From NCBI GenBank assembly GCA_951406725.2, contig OX597830.1:7192001-7256000 (forward strand): DNA of 64,000 nt, in the 5' to 3' direction. The notes beneath the pieces are model-generated. The model saw only the letters and a program-made list of their open reading frames with translations, had not been told where the DNA came from and did no database searches. Of this stretch, positions 29,150-43,307 are shown one piece after another. The position numbers and the translations under genes were made by a program. Position 1 is the first letter of the stretch; the number at the start of each line of letters is the position of its first letter. The stretch is from Octopus vulgaris (Eukaryota).

Positions 29150-29790
29150 ATGTGACGAGCAGGTGGAATCTTTACCGCACCGGGTGAAACGCTTAGCGGC
29201 ATTTTATTGGTCTTTACTTTTTAAATTCAAACTCCGCTGAGGTCGACCTTGCCTTTCATCCTTTCGGGATGTAATCGACTTAATCCCTTTGTCTGTCCTT
29301 GTTTGTCCCCTCTATGTTTAGCCCCTTATGGGCAATAAAGAAATAAGAAACATTAGCACGCCAGGCGAAATGCTTACCGATAGTTTGTCTTTACGTTCTG
29401 AGTTCAAATTCCGCTGAGGTCAACCTTGCCTTTCATCCTTTCGGGTTCGATAAGTTATGTACTACTTGAGTGCCGGGAGTCGAAGATATCGACTTATCCC
29501 CTCCCTCCCTCCCTCCGTCGGAATGGCTGGCTTTGTGCCAAAATTTGAAACCAAACGACATTCTAAATATTTAAGGCGGTGTGCTGACAGAATCGTCAAC
29601 ACGTCGGACAAAATGTTTTGCGGCATTTCGTTCGTTTTTACGTTCCGCGTTCAAATTATGCAGAGGTAGACGTTGCTTTTCATCCCTTCGATGTCAATAA
29701 AATAAGTACCAGTTGAGCACATAAAATCGATAACATCGCCTTGCCCTCCTCCCCTGAAATTGCTAGCCTTGTACCAAAATCTGAAACTAA
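29150..29790 (+). mobile_element. Three tandem SINE family B copies
   Basis: Core gaggtc(g/a)accttgcctttcatcctttcgg at ~29240 and ~29416, with a diverged copy at ~29663, all in the same orientation. Confidence 0.8.
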
Positions 29791-30198
29791 TGTACATTCT
29801 AAATATGAAGCAAACTACCCGGAACATGTTAATGCTCTTCACAACACGGAGATATTCCATGCATTTCACAACTGTTTTTATAACAGTTTCACAATTTATT
29901 AACAACAGACTTACAAGTAATAAAACTACAATAGCTTTATAGAGAAGAAGACAGCTTTGTGTTGGTCGAAATTTTATTGGAAGTTTTCTGGAATATGGTT
30001 TTATTGATGTAAGCGGACAGGAGAGATTTTCGTGAATATAAGTGTGGGAGAGGAATGGTGGTAGGAGAGATGAATTATAGAACGGGTATTTTAGTAGACA
30101 AGAACGAATGGGAAATTACATAGCATACACACACAAATACACACACATGAAGTCAAACACACATCTATCTATCCATCTATACACACACACACACACAT

Positions 30199-30249
<51 letters not shown>

Positions 30250-30254
30250 TATAA

Positions 30255-30515
30255 TAATATTAGGGAGTAAATCCAAACTTACAGGGAAAAGTTAGATTTA
30301 TGATTAAATCCAATTTTATAGTATAAATATATATTAAATTAGAGATAAAACCACTATTAGGCAAATGAAACAGTGAAAAACATAAACCAAAACATAGAAA
30401 TAAAATTAATCAACACAATATATAAAATATATAAAATATAAAATTCAAAATTTAAATTATTTAAATTTAAAGTTAAAAATTTTTTTAAATTTAAATTATT
30501 AATTTATATTTATAA

Positions 30516-30583
<68 letters not shown>

Positions 30584-31085
30584 TTTATTGATATTTATTT
30601 ATTTTTTTAATTAAATATATATAACTAACAAAAAGTATTAAAAAGTTTAATATAAGATAAAAAGTAAAACCACTACGATCGTTTCACGCCCATAACCTAA
30701 TTCGAAAAACAATAATTTAAATTCAATTAATAATTCGAATTATGGTTATAGTCAATCTTCAGGTTAAATAAATAAAATAATAAATTCTTTTATAAAAAAC
30801 TCTATTATCAAACTAAAAATTTTAACGATTATGCCATATAATCGATTATAATGTTAAATATTAATTTTTAAGTATTAATTTTTAAGGTAAGAATAGATAG
30901 AAAATGTATTTATCTATTCAGATATAATATGGCTTAAAAAAAACGTAATAAACCCACAAATCTGTTATAGTCAATATCTAATTACCTAAATATTTAACAA
31001 AAAAATAATCAAAAAAATAATGAGTATTCATAATAATAATATTTGACGTTTCGAAAATTTCACAATCTCATTTTCAAGAACCGTC
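30255..31085 (-). mobile_element. AT-rich PLE-like terminal region with two hammerhead-like motifs
   Basis: Extremely AT-rich block adjacent to (TA)n. Contains the motif at 30671-30768 and a variant CTTGAAAAT GAGA..TTTC GAAACGTC on the minus strand at 31041-31080. Confidence 0.45.
30671..30768 (-). ncRNA. Hammerhead motif with long stem II and weak stem I
   Basis: Minus strand: AC CTGAAGA TTGACTATAACCATAATTCGAA..TTCGAATTAGGTTATGGGCGT GAAA CGATCG TA GT. Intact core boxes, palindromic ACGATCGT, GUA site. Confidence 0.6.
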
Positions 31086-31222
31086 TATGTCAACCGTCAT
31101 GTGTTAATTTGTTTAGCTGTGACCAGTTTTTGGGACCGTGAAGTTTGCATGCCAGATGTCATGTGGGAATTATTTGATTTGTTGTTTGTGTGTTTATTTT
31201 GGAGTTATACTGTAATATAAAT

Positions 31223-31781
31223 ATGGCTTCCACATGGTTCCGGGTTCAGTTCCACTGCGTGGCACCTTGGGCAAGTGTCTTCTTCTATAGCCTCGGGCCA
31301 ACCAAAGCCTTGTGAGTGGATTTGGTAGACGGAAACTGAAAGAAGACCGTCGTATATATGTATATGTATATGTATATGTATGTGTGTGTAAATGTTTGTA
31401 TGTCTGTGTTTGTCCCCCCAACATCGCTTGGCAACCGATGCTGGTGTGTTTACGTCCCCGTAACTCAGCGGTTCAGCAAAAGAGACCTACAGGATAAGTA
31501 CTAGGCTTACAAAGAGTAAGTCCTGGGGTCGATTTGCTCGACTAAAGGCGGTGCTCCAGCATGGCCACAGTCAAATGACTGAAACAAGTAAAAGAGTAAA
31601 AAGTAGAGTGTGCAAGGCGAAGGCGTGGGTGGGGTAACTTTGCTTCCCAACCACATGGTTCCTGGTTCAGTCACACTGTGAGGGGCCTTGGGCATGTTTC
31701 TTCTACTATAGCTTCGGGCTAATGAAAACCTTGTGAGTAGATTTGGTAGACGGAAACTGAAAGAAGCCTGTCGTATATATG

Positions 31782-31849
<68 letters not shown>

Positions 31850-32935
31850 GGGTGCGCGCGTGTGTGTATGCGTGTGTTGTGTGTGCGTGTTGTCCTCCAC
31901 CACTACCGATCGACAACCGATAGAATAAGTACTAGGCTTGAAAAAAATAAGAACAGAGGTCGATTAACAATCTTTACGGTGATGCCCCGGAATGGCCGCA
32001 GTCTAATGAGCGCAACGAATAAAAAGTAAACGATAAAAATGATAATGGAAATAATATATTTCAAACCATACATGCATATTTATATAGGTGCAGGAGTGGC
32101 TGTGTGGTAAGTAGCTTCCTTACCAACCAGATGGTTATGGGTTCAGGCCCACTATGTGGCACCTTGGGCAAGTGTTTTCTGCTATAGCCTTGGGCTGACC
32201 AAAGCCTTGTGAGTGGATTTGATAAACGGAAACTAAAAGAAGACCGTCGTATATATGTGTGTGTGTGTATGTTTGCGTGTCTGTATTTACGTCCCCTGTA
32301 AGTATGCGATTCAGCAAAAGAATAAGTACTAGGCTTACAAAGGGGTCGATTTGTTCGACTGAAGTCAGTGCTCCAGCATGGCCAAAGTCAAATGACTGTA
32401 ACAAATAAAAGAAAGAAAGGAAAAGAAAAGAATATATATATATGTATCTGTGAATGTATAACATACCCACACACACATATATATATATATATGTACACAC
32501 ACATACATATATATATATATACATACATATATATGTGTGGTAAGTAGCTTGTTTACCAGCCACATGGTTCCGGGTTCAGTCCCACTGCGTGGCACCTTGG
32601 GCAAGTGTCTTCTGCTATAGCCCCGGGCCGACCAAAGCCTTGTGAGTGGATTTGGTAGACGGAAACTGAAAGAAGCCTGTCGTATATATGTATATATATG
32701 TATATATGTGTGTGCGTGTGTGTCTGTGTTTGTCCCCCTAGCATTGCTTGACAACCGATGCTGATGTGCTTATGTCCCCGTCACTTAGCGGTTCGGCAAA
32801 AGAGACCGATAGAATAAGTACTGGGCTTACAAAGAATAAGTCCCGGGGTCGAGTTGCTCGATTAAAAAAGGCCGTGCTCCAGCATGGCCGCAGTCAAATG
32901 ACTGAAACAAGTAAAAGAGAAAAGAGATAAAAGAG
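31223..32935 (+). mobile_element. Four head-to-tail SINE family A copies (31223-31595, 31615-32025, 32088-32430, 32535-32935)
   Basis: Repeated cacatggttccgggttcag...tgtgagtggatttggtagacggaaactgaaagaag...gatagaataagtact, each copy with different deletions. Confidence 0.85.
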
Positions 32936-32963
32936 AATACATACACACACACACATATCTATA

Positions 32964-33001
<38 letters not shown>

Positions 33002-33002
<1 letters not shown>

Positions 33003-33155
33003 TGTTGTGTTTGGGGAGAGTCATTTTCTTTTAACAGACTCTTCGACATATTGAAAAGGTTGCAAGATGCAACGAAAATTTTAGGAAATTTTAACGGTGA
33101 GTGTGTTAAATTATCAGGCACAAAAAGTAAATGACTCTCCCCAGAAACACAACAG
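33002..33155. mobile_element. Short inverted-repeat (MITE-like) element next to (TA)n
   Basis: ctgttgtgtttggggagagtcattt and aaatgactctccccagaaacacaacag form terminal inverted repeats. Confidence 0.7.
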
Positions 33156-33218
33156 TATATGCTTCAACACACGAACTCACATAAAGAATCTTGCAAACCA
33201 AATTCAAAAAACGAAACG

Positions 33219-33255
<37 letters not shown>

Positions 33256-33787
33256 TGGTTACATACATATATACGAACATGGATGCACTCAAACAGATGC
33301 ATGCATTTATTATAAATAGATAGATAGAGAAAGAGAGAGAGAGAGAGAGGTGAACACAGAAATTCACACATAAAATTTACGTATGAATTTATGTTATAAA
33401 GTATTCTCCAAATATACAACATGCTGTTTATAGATATATAGACACATTTATGTGCATACATATGCAAATATATAGACATGCACATGTATATGTTTGTGTG
33501 TTTGTGTGGGTGGGGTGGTGCACAACGAAACATAAATAAATACATAAAAAGCATAAACATGTCAACATGACTCGGTGCTGGTTTAGGTGGTGCCATGTAT
33601 GCGTTACACACACACACACACTTACATGCATATATCCATATATATGTGTGTGTGTATGTATGCATATGTGTGTGGCGCGCGTGTGCGTTTTCCGTTATTC
33701 AGTTGCATTTTACTTATCAATTTAACATGTATTTCACTTCACTCGGTCGCCCTGGTCTGACAACTGAATTTTAAATCTACAAAAGTT

Positions 33788-33804
33788 CACCACCAGAGGG
33801 CGAA
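33788..33804 (+). promoter_or_regulatory. Candidate CTCF-type binding motif
   Basis: CCACCAGAGGGCG matches the CCASYAGRKGGCR core and lies in a non-repetitive island. Sequence match only. Confidence 0.35.
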
Positions 33805-34017
33805 CGAGAGACATGGTTTATGAGACTAGAAACAACTGCAAGTGTATATCATTTGTCCCTGTTTTATGGTATCTTTCATTGGCTCCGTTGCCACTCCTTC
33901 ACTACATCTGCACGTAAGAACCTGGCTGCATGAAACAGCTTGGTTTACACAGGGACGATAAATAAATAGATTCACAAGCATAAATGCATACTAGAGCGCA
34001 CAGACCAACATATGCAT

Positions 34018-34092
<75 letters not shown>

Positions 34093-34390
34093 TATGTAGG
34101 TCTGCGCACGCACGCACGCACATAAAGTGTGCACTTAAGTATACATAGATGTTTTTCATTTTAATTAAAGAACCAGGCAAACACATTAAAAAGCTTTTTA
34201 TGTCACGTTTTGTTCTGCAGTGTTACTAGCTGCGTCTGTGCTGAATATGGCGTTTCTTCCGCATTTGAACGAGGCGTCTATGTGTATATACCCCCCACAA
34301 ATATATAATATATAATATGTATATGTATCTATGTGCGTCTGTTTATGTCTGAGTGAGTGCGTATAGATACATATACATGTATTGTGTTGG

Positions 34391-34449
<59 letters not shown>

Positions 34450-34706
34450 GTATATATATGTGTGTGTGTATGTGTGTGTGTGTGTATGTGTGAGTGTGTG
34501 TGTGTATGAAAAATTAGTGTATATTTAAACACAAACAGAGATGAGCCATAACAGGTCGCCTTGTATGCTAGAAGGAACAGTCCAAACCACAGTTAAGCGC
34601 AATTTCGAAAAATACGAAAGTTATTTCCCGCTTAGAGCTACTCCATTTCATTTTGATTCGCTACAACACACATTTTCCTTGGTGAAAATATTTCTAAAGT
34701 ATGCCC

Positions 34707-35495
<789 letters not shown>

Positions 35496-35496
<1 letters not shown>

Positions 35497-36119
35497 GCCT
35501 ATTAACCCGGAACTACCAGGCCAATGTGATGAAAAATGGAGCAGACCCAAAATGCCGATTCTGCAACGACATGATTGAAACAGTGGACCACCTAATCTCT
35601 GGATGTAAAGTCTTAGCACCAGTGGAGTATAAATTAAGACATGACAGAGTTGGCCAATATCTACACTGGCTAATAAGTCGGCATTACAATATCAAAACTG
35701 CCGACAAGTGGTATAATCACCACCCTGAGGCTGTAACTGAAGGAGAAAATGTAACCATTCTGTGGGACTTTCCAGTACATACAGACCGAACCATCAAGGC
35801 CAATAAACCAGATATTGTTGTGAAAGACCAAAACAATAAAGTTTGCTTATTGATCGACATGAGCATCCCCTGTGATCATAATATCTCAGCGAAAGAGTTT
35901 GACAAGCTCAGAAAATATAAAGACCTACTCATTGAAATTGAGAAAATGTGGCATCTCAAGGCGGTTACAATACCAGTGATCGTAGGAGCACTAGGAATGA
36001 TCAAGAAGGGAACCGAAAATTATATGAGAATGATCCCTGGCATACCATCCCTGCAAGAAGTGCAAAAGATTGTCTTAACTGGTACATCACACGTATTGAG
36101 AAGAGCATTGTCGATGTGA
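35496..36119 (+). CDS. C-terminal fragment of an R4/Dong-type ORF (CCHC plus restriction-like endonuclease); 3' UTR to ~36288
   Basis: Uninterrupted SLLTRNYQAN..CRFCNDMIETVDHLISGC..RHD..KPDIV..LIDMSIP..KLRKYKDL..PVIVGALG..HVLRRALSM. Begins directly after (TAA)n. Confidence 0.85.
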
Positions 36120-36310
36120 GAACTGTTGCTGCTCATGTATTTTAATTTAACTTATAAAAAAAAAAAAAGAATGAACTATTGAGTTTGGTTTAATGGCCTA
36201 CCAATGTATACTATGAGTTTCTTTGCCCTAGGAGTCAGGAAGACACTCGGCAAGAAATGGAAGCAAATTTGAAAGAAGGAAAAAAAAGTAATAATAATAA
36301 TAATAATAAT

Positions 36311-36649
36311 TCTGAGACCCCCTTCGGTCACAACACTGACCATGAGATTGCACATGAAAGTTACCCTCCAAGGCACAACTCTGGGCAAGGTTGTTTATGG
36401 AAGACCAACAGTCGCCCATGCATACTGGTTCCCCTCTCCACGCCACCAGTGTTATCCAAGGGAAAGGCAAAAGGGCAGATACAGCTTGGCACCAGTGACG
36501 TCACAACTCATTTTTACAACTGGGTGAACTGAAGCAACGTAAAATAAAGTGTCTTGCTCAAGAACACAACACGCAGGCCGGTCCGGGATTCGAGCTCACA
36601 ACCTCACGATCGTAAGTTCGACGCTCTAACCACTGAGCCATGCACCTTC
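36311..36649 (-). mobile_element. tRNA-derived SINE (Arg-ACG-like head) in the (TAA)n array
   Basis: Minus strand: gaaggtgcaTGGCTCAGTGGttagagcgtcgaacTTACGATcgtgaggttgtGAGCTCGAATCCC, giving A box, ACG loop and B box. The next segment resembles 53180-53250 but the tail differs. Confidence 0.75.
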
Positions 36650-36705
<56 letters not shown>

Positions 36706-36722
36706 CAATGATAATAATGATG

Positions 36723-36804
<82 letters not shown>

Positions 36805-36808
36805 TAAC

Positions 36809-36890
<82 letters not shown>

Positions 36891-37181
36891 GGTAACTAGA
36901 GGTAACTAGAATGTGGAATCTGAAAACAGAAACAATTCCTATCATAGTAGGTGCATTAGGCATGATAAAAAAATATTCAGACAAATACATAACAAAAACA
37001 CCAGGACTTACAAACATATATAACATACAGAAAATTGCACTACTAGGCACTGCACACATCCTACGCGGAACACTTTCCATACAATAACCATCAGAGCATC
37101 ACAACAAATCACAGCACATACCCAAGGCACACAGGGCTGTGCTCGGTAGTGAAGTGAAAGCACGCTATAAAAATAAAACTA

Positions 37182-37185
<4 letters not shown>
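36891..37185 (+). mobile_element. Very short 3' end of a fourth R4/Dong-type element
   Basis: 36899-37087 encodes EVTRMWNLKTETIPIIVGALGMIKK..IQKIALLGTAHILRGTLSIQ*, followed by a ~100-nt UTR and (TAA)n. Confidence 0.85.
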
Positions 37186-37237
<52 letters not shown>

Positions 37238-37242
37238 TGATA

Positions 37243-37289
<47 letters not shown>

Positions 37290-37290
<1 letters not shown>

Positions 37291-37447
37291 GTCCTTCTAC
37301 TAGGCACAAGGCCTGAAATTTTGGGAAGTCGGGTAACCGATTACCTCGATCCCAATACTTGGCTGGTACTTAATTTATCGATTGCGAAAAGATGAATTGC
37401 ATAGTCGACCCCAGTGTGCTGACGATCCTGCCAGCTCACCGTCTTAA
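37290..37447 (-). mobile_element. SINE family B, degenerate
   Basis: Reverse complement of aagacggtgagctggcag...gataaattaagtacc...caaaatttcaggccttgtgcctag. Confidence 0.7.
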
Positions 37448-37722
37448 CAACAACAACAATATTTTGTTGAACAAGTATTTATGAGGCGATTGGAACGTGA
37501 TGAGCGCCACCTGCATTAGGGCGTTTGAGTGTTTATCACAAAAATATGAGAAAAATGGAGGGTCCTGCAGAGGATGACTTTATGACAAAGAATAAAGATG
37601 GCGAGATTAGGGAAATATTTTGAAACATTTTGAAACAAAATATGGTGATGCGCTTGTTTAATTGATCGTCAAACGAAATGTAGCTCAGCATGTTGTTAGG
37701 TTAACATCTCGATGATCATCTT

Positions 37723-38280
37723 GAAGAAGAAGAAGAAGAAGAAGAAGAAGAAGAAGAAGAAGAAGAAGAAGAAGAAGAAGAAGAAGAAGAAGAAGAAGAA
37801 GACGAACAAGAAGAAGAAGATGAAGAAGAAGACGAACAAGAAGAAGAAGATGAAGAAGTAGAAAGAAGAAGAAGAAGAAGAAGAAGAAGAAGAAGAAGAC
37901 GACGAAAGTAGAGGAGCAGGAGGAGAGAGGGTGAGCAGCAGGTGGAGGAAGAGGAGGAGGGGCAAGAAGAAGAAAAAGAAGAAAAAGAAGAAGAAGAAGA
38001 AGAAGAAGAAGAAGAAGAAGGTAGAGGAGCGGGAGGAGAGAGGGTGAGCAGCTGGTGGAGGAAGAGGAGGAGGGGCAAGAAGAAGAAAAAGAAGAAGATG
38101 AAGATGAAGAAAGAAGAAGAAGAATTGGAAGAAGAAAAATTAGAAGAAGAGGGAAGAAGAAGAAAAAGAAGAAAAAGAAGAAAAAGAAAGAAGAATTGGA
38201 AGAAGAAGAAGAATTGGAAGGGGAAGTGGAGGATGATGAGGAAGTACAGGGGGAGAAGCATGATGACGACGACAGCAAGT
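37723..38280. repeat. (GAA)n-rich purine tract with an internal ~110-bp duplication
   Basis: gtagaggagc..gggtgagcagc..ggggcaagaagaag occurs at ~37908 and ~38021. Confidence 0.9.
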
Positions 38281-39058
38281 ATAATGCATTCATAGGGCAG
38301 CAAAACTCATAAAGTTTCCATTTTGTCTTAAGAAGCTATGGTTATTCTAAGCAGGCTGGCAAAGAATTTTTACCAAAAAGCCATCATATAAGGGTCTTCA
38401 CAGCAACTTGTATTGAGTGTGACTAAAATAACTACTTCTCTGGAAACTAATGCATTGTTGTACTTCGCTCGCCTTTTAGAAATATCACGTCTGGATTTAA
38501 GATGTAAATGCATCATCCGCAATTCTGTTCGGAGTAATTCTTTGGCAGAATTCAGATCCTGAGAGTGGAACTGGGTCGGCCAAATATGTCTGGAAGAACT
38601 TCGGAGGGGCTATGACTGGAGTGATTTTGTCAGACACACACACACACGTATAAATAGGTATATCCACGCACATACACACATAGACATACATACGCAAAAA
38701 CATACGAACATTGTGCAGCGGATGATTGTGTGAGAGAATTAAAGGTCCATGTGTCTGGAAGGATAAGTTACTTCCAAATTCCGTTTGGAGACAGCTCTTT
38801 TCATTCCAACGAATTCATATTCATTACGAAACCAACGGAGATCCACTGCTTTTTCCAGTATACACATACATAAACAGACAGACAGATTGACGAACACACA
38901 CACACACATATATATGTCAACACAAAAATATACATATAAATATATATATATGTACAAGTGTATATGTATATATTGATATATATGTATGTATGTATATACA
39001 TATGTATATGTATATATATAAATATATATATAAATATATGAAAAAAACTATAAATATA

Positions 39059-39092
<34 letters not shown>

Positions 39093-39096
39093 TATG

Positions 39097-39188
<92 letters not shown>

Positions 39189-39668
39189 TTAAACGCTCAT
39201 ATGAAGAGGGATATGAGTAAAAAAATTCGAGTCACATTCGTTGTATACCAAAACAATTACCGTTCTTCTTCAGAATTTCATTATTTTTAAATTGTTCATT
39301 CATTCAATCGCAACACCCCTACCTTGTACCGCTTCATCTCTCATTTCCTCCCCTTTCTCTCTCTCTCCTTCTCTCTTCTCGCTCTCTTGCTCTCTCCCTA
39401 TCTCTCTTTTAGTTTCACTCTCTTGTCACATGGCATCTGTTTCAATTCTTTCCAGATTTCAAAGAACGAAGAATGCAAAAATGAAGAACGTAAAATTTCA
39501 ATAAAAAAAGTAATTTAGAACTGCTGACAGGTGAGGTTTAGACGATGCGTCCCTCTGTCGTCTCTATCGAACTCTATGAAACAATATTCAGGTAGTATAC
39601 AAACATACATACAAATGTATGCACATACACACGCGCGCGCGCATACACACACACACACACACAATCAC

Positions 39669-39714
<46 letters not shown>

Positions 39715-39718
39715 TCTA

Positions 39719-40110
39719 TTCTTTTACTTCCTTCAGTCATTTAACTACGGCCATGCTGGAGCACCACCTTTTCTTCCCGTAAATCGGCTCATTCTTTGTA
39801 AGCCTAGTATTTATTCTATCGGTCTGATATTTGCTGAAACGCTAAGTTATGGGGACGTAAACACACCAGCATCAGTCGTCAAGCGATGTTAGGGGGACAA
39901 ACACAGACACACAAACATATACACATACATAAATATCCATTTACATATATACGACGGGCTTCTTTCTGTTTCCGTCTACCAAATCCACTCACAAGGCTTT
40001 GGTCGGCCCGAAGCTATAGTAGAAGACACTTGCCCAAGGTGCCACGCAATGGGACTGAACCCAGAACCACGTGGCTAGTAAACAAGCTACTTACCACATA
40101 GCCACTCCTG
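39719..40110 (-). mobile_element. SINE family A
   Basis: Reverse-complement match from the head caggagtggctatgtggtaagtagc to the tail ccagcatggccgtagttaaatgactg. Confidence 0.85.
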
Positions 40111-40182
40111 GTATATATACACACATATACATATTGTATGTGCATATGAAATATATGCATATATATATATATATATATATAT

Positions 40183-40254
<72 letters not shown>

Positions 40255-40478
40255 GGAAGTATATTCACACACATACACACGCGCACGCAGGATCATAAAT
40301 TGCATCATTCATACACAACCACATGACTCTATTCTTCGATTTGAATTTTAATAAAGAAAAAATAATCGGTCTGAAGTGAATCAATAGATTATATACATGT
40401 CTATACATACATGAAAGCGTGTGTGTATATATATATATGCATATATATATGTGTATGTATATAGACAGACAGACAGAC

Positions 40479-40548
<70 letters not shown>

Positions 40549-40566
40549 ATTGATGGATACATATCC

Positions 40567-40597
<31 letters not shown>

Positions 40598-40798
40598 CAC
40601 ATATACATACACACAGTTATTCATTTTAATATATTAGCTTAGATATATTGCTGTTCCCATAATTTTATATATTAATTAATATTTATTTATGACTATGTAT
40701 CATTGTGTGCGTGTGTGTGCGTAGACGCAACTGTAGCAAAGTGAAGATATCTGGATTTTATGAAGATCAGATTAAATTATATATACATGTATATGTAC

Positions 40799-40901
<103 letters not shown>

Positions 40902-41329
40902 CATATATATATATATATATATGTATGTAAGTACGTATGTATGTGTGTATATATATATATTTGTGTATGTATGTATATCATAAATTAAATAAATATTAAA
41001 AATAAATCAATAACCAAAAAAAGAGAAGAGAAATGTTGAAAGAAAATCATAAAATATATAATAATAAATATAAAATAAAAATATTCAAAAAACAAAAAAT
41101 AGGAAAGAAATTAGGAAGTCAACGAAAATTATGAAAAAATGAAATAAAATAAAATAAAACTATGGCTGCCATATTTCCTGGTTTCGAAATTACACTTTTC
41201 AAATAATATCAAATGTTTGCAATATCATTTGTTGTTGTTGTTGTTGTTGTTGTTGTCATTATTGTTGTTTCGTATATTTTTTTGTATGGTTGGTGTACCT
41301 CATTGTATTTATTACTGCTCTTCTTTGTT

Positions 41330-41677
41330 TTCCACCTCCCCTTCCTCCTCCTTCTTCTAATCCTTCATCATCACTATCTTATTTCTTCTATTTCCTGCTC
41401 CTCCTACCCTCCTCCTTCTTCTCTTCCTTCTTCTTATCCTTCTTCTTCTTCTTCTTCTTCTTCTGCTTTTTCTTTTTCTTCTTCTTCTTCTTCTGCTTCT
41501 TCTTTCTTCCTTCTTCTTCTTCTTCTTCTTCTTCTTCTTCTTCTTCTTCTTCTTCTTCTTCTTCTTCTTGTCCTCCTTCATCACCGGTATCTTCTTCTTC
41601 TCCTCCTCCCCTTCCTCCTCCTTCTCTGTCATCATCATCTTCTGCTTCTTCTTCTTCTTCTTCTTCTTCTTCTTCTT

Positions 41678-41714
<37 letters not shown>

Positions 41715-41900
41715 GACTACTACTACGACTACTACTACTGCTACTACTTCTTCTTTTCCTCCTCCGCCTTCATTTTCTTCTTTTCCTCCTCTTCCCCTCC
41801 TCGTCCTTTTCCCTTTCTTCTTCTTCTTCCCCTCCCATTCCTTTTCCTTTCTCCTCCCTTCCTCATCCTCCCACTACTACTACAACCATTACTACCACTT
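41330..41900. repeat. (TTC)n/(TCC)n/(CTA)n pyrimidine-rich low-complexity tract
   Basis: Directly visible. Confidence 0.9.
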
Positions 41901-42270
41901 ATTAATATTAGTTCTTTCATTCCCTCATATTTTACTGAATCTCTCTCCTTTTTCCTTTGGCATCTCTTTCCACAAACACATATACATACGAATACATAGA
42001 CACACATACACACACATACACACACACACACACACACACATAAATATGTCTATATATACGTGTGTGTATGAGACAGAGAGAGAGAGAGAGAGAAAGTGTG
42101 CATTTGAATGTGTATGCATGTGTGTGTATGCATGTGTGTGTCCACTGAAGTGAGTGTTTACAAATTGGGATAAGGGATTCAATATTGAAATGAAAGGTAT
42201 GTATGCGTAACCTTATAATGTCGGTTTTAGGGGGGCAAATGCTTAATTCTAAGACTTATAAAAACCCCAT

Positions 42271-42985
42271 GGTGCAGGCGTGGCTGTGTTGTAGGAAGCT
42301 ACCTTCCCAACCACATGGTTTCGGGTTCAGTCCCACTGCGTAGCACCTTGAGCATGTGGCTTCTACTATAGCCTTGAACCAATCAAAATCTCGTGAGTGG
42401 ATTTGGGAGATGGAGACTGAAAGAAGCCTATCGAATGTATACATATGTGCGTGTATGTGTGTGTGTGTGTGCGTCTTAAAGTTTGTGCTTGTCTCTAGCA
42501 CAGTGTGAGAACCGGTGCTGGTGTGTTTATGTCCTCGTAAGTTAGCGGTGCTGCAAAAGTAACCGATAGAATAAGTACCACGCTTCAAAAATTAAATATG
42601 ATAGAATCTCGCATTACGAGTACCCCATTGTACGAGTAATTTGCTGTAGGAGCCGAGACTCGTGCAAATTTTTGTCTTGAAGTACGAGCGGAATCCGCAG
42701 TACGAGGTTAATAAAACCACCTTACATATTTCTTTTCCATTTTCTTTCTTTTATAATTGTCATTTTACTTGTAACTACATCCATTCTTCTTTAAAACCCA
42801 TAAAAATTAATTTTTGAGTGATTTGCGGGGTTGGACCCGATTAATTGTATTTTAGTTAATTTCGATGTAGAAAATTGATTTGTTAAACGAGTACATCGTA
42901 AGACGAGTTCATTGCCTAAAACCTGTTCAAGGTGGTGCCCCAGCATGGCCGAAGTCTAATGACTAAAACAAGTAAAAGATAAAAG
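42271..42985 (+). mobile_element. SINE family A split by a ~320-bp DNA-transposon-like insert (42597-42915)
   Basis: SINE head and body at 42271-42590, tail ggtggtgccccagcatggcc...aaacaagtaaaag at 42931-42980. The insert has repeated (T)ACGAG motifs reminiscent of Tigger/pogo MITEs. Confidence 0.65.
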
Positions 42986-43307
42986 ATACAAAAGAACGAT
43001 CTTTAAAATTCCAAGTAGAGTTGTACCAAATAAGCTTTCGCCTATGAATATTACTAATGTTTTTTTTATGTAACGTATTGTATCTTTGAAGCCACTGTTT
43101 TTTTTTTTATGTGTAGTTAGTAAATTTGGCAGATTAAAGGATTACTCATAGGAGGATAAGCTGGATATGCGCGATCTAACGTTTTAAACAAAATATTTGG
43201 ATATATCTGAAGTGGAAGAATTTTGGCGTTTTCTGTGATATATAAAAACTTGAATGCGAATAGAGCTAAATGTGAAAGTTGCTAAAGAGAAACTGTACCG
43301 AAGCCCA

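Noticed and set aside
29150-32935. CRISPR-like or satellite array
   Set aside because: The units are 200-400-bp SINE copies also dispersed elsewhere. There is no repeat-spacer structure and no cas genes, and the context is eukaryotic.
36570-36649. tRNA-Arg-like gene
   Set aside because: It lacks a proper acceptor stem and runs into a SINE body, so it is a SINE head.
37685-38312. Glu/Lys-rich and Ser/Leu-rich ORFs
   Set aside because: Derived from a (GAA)n tract.
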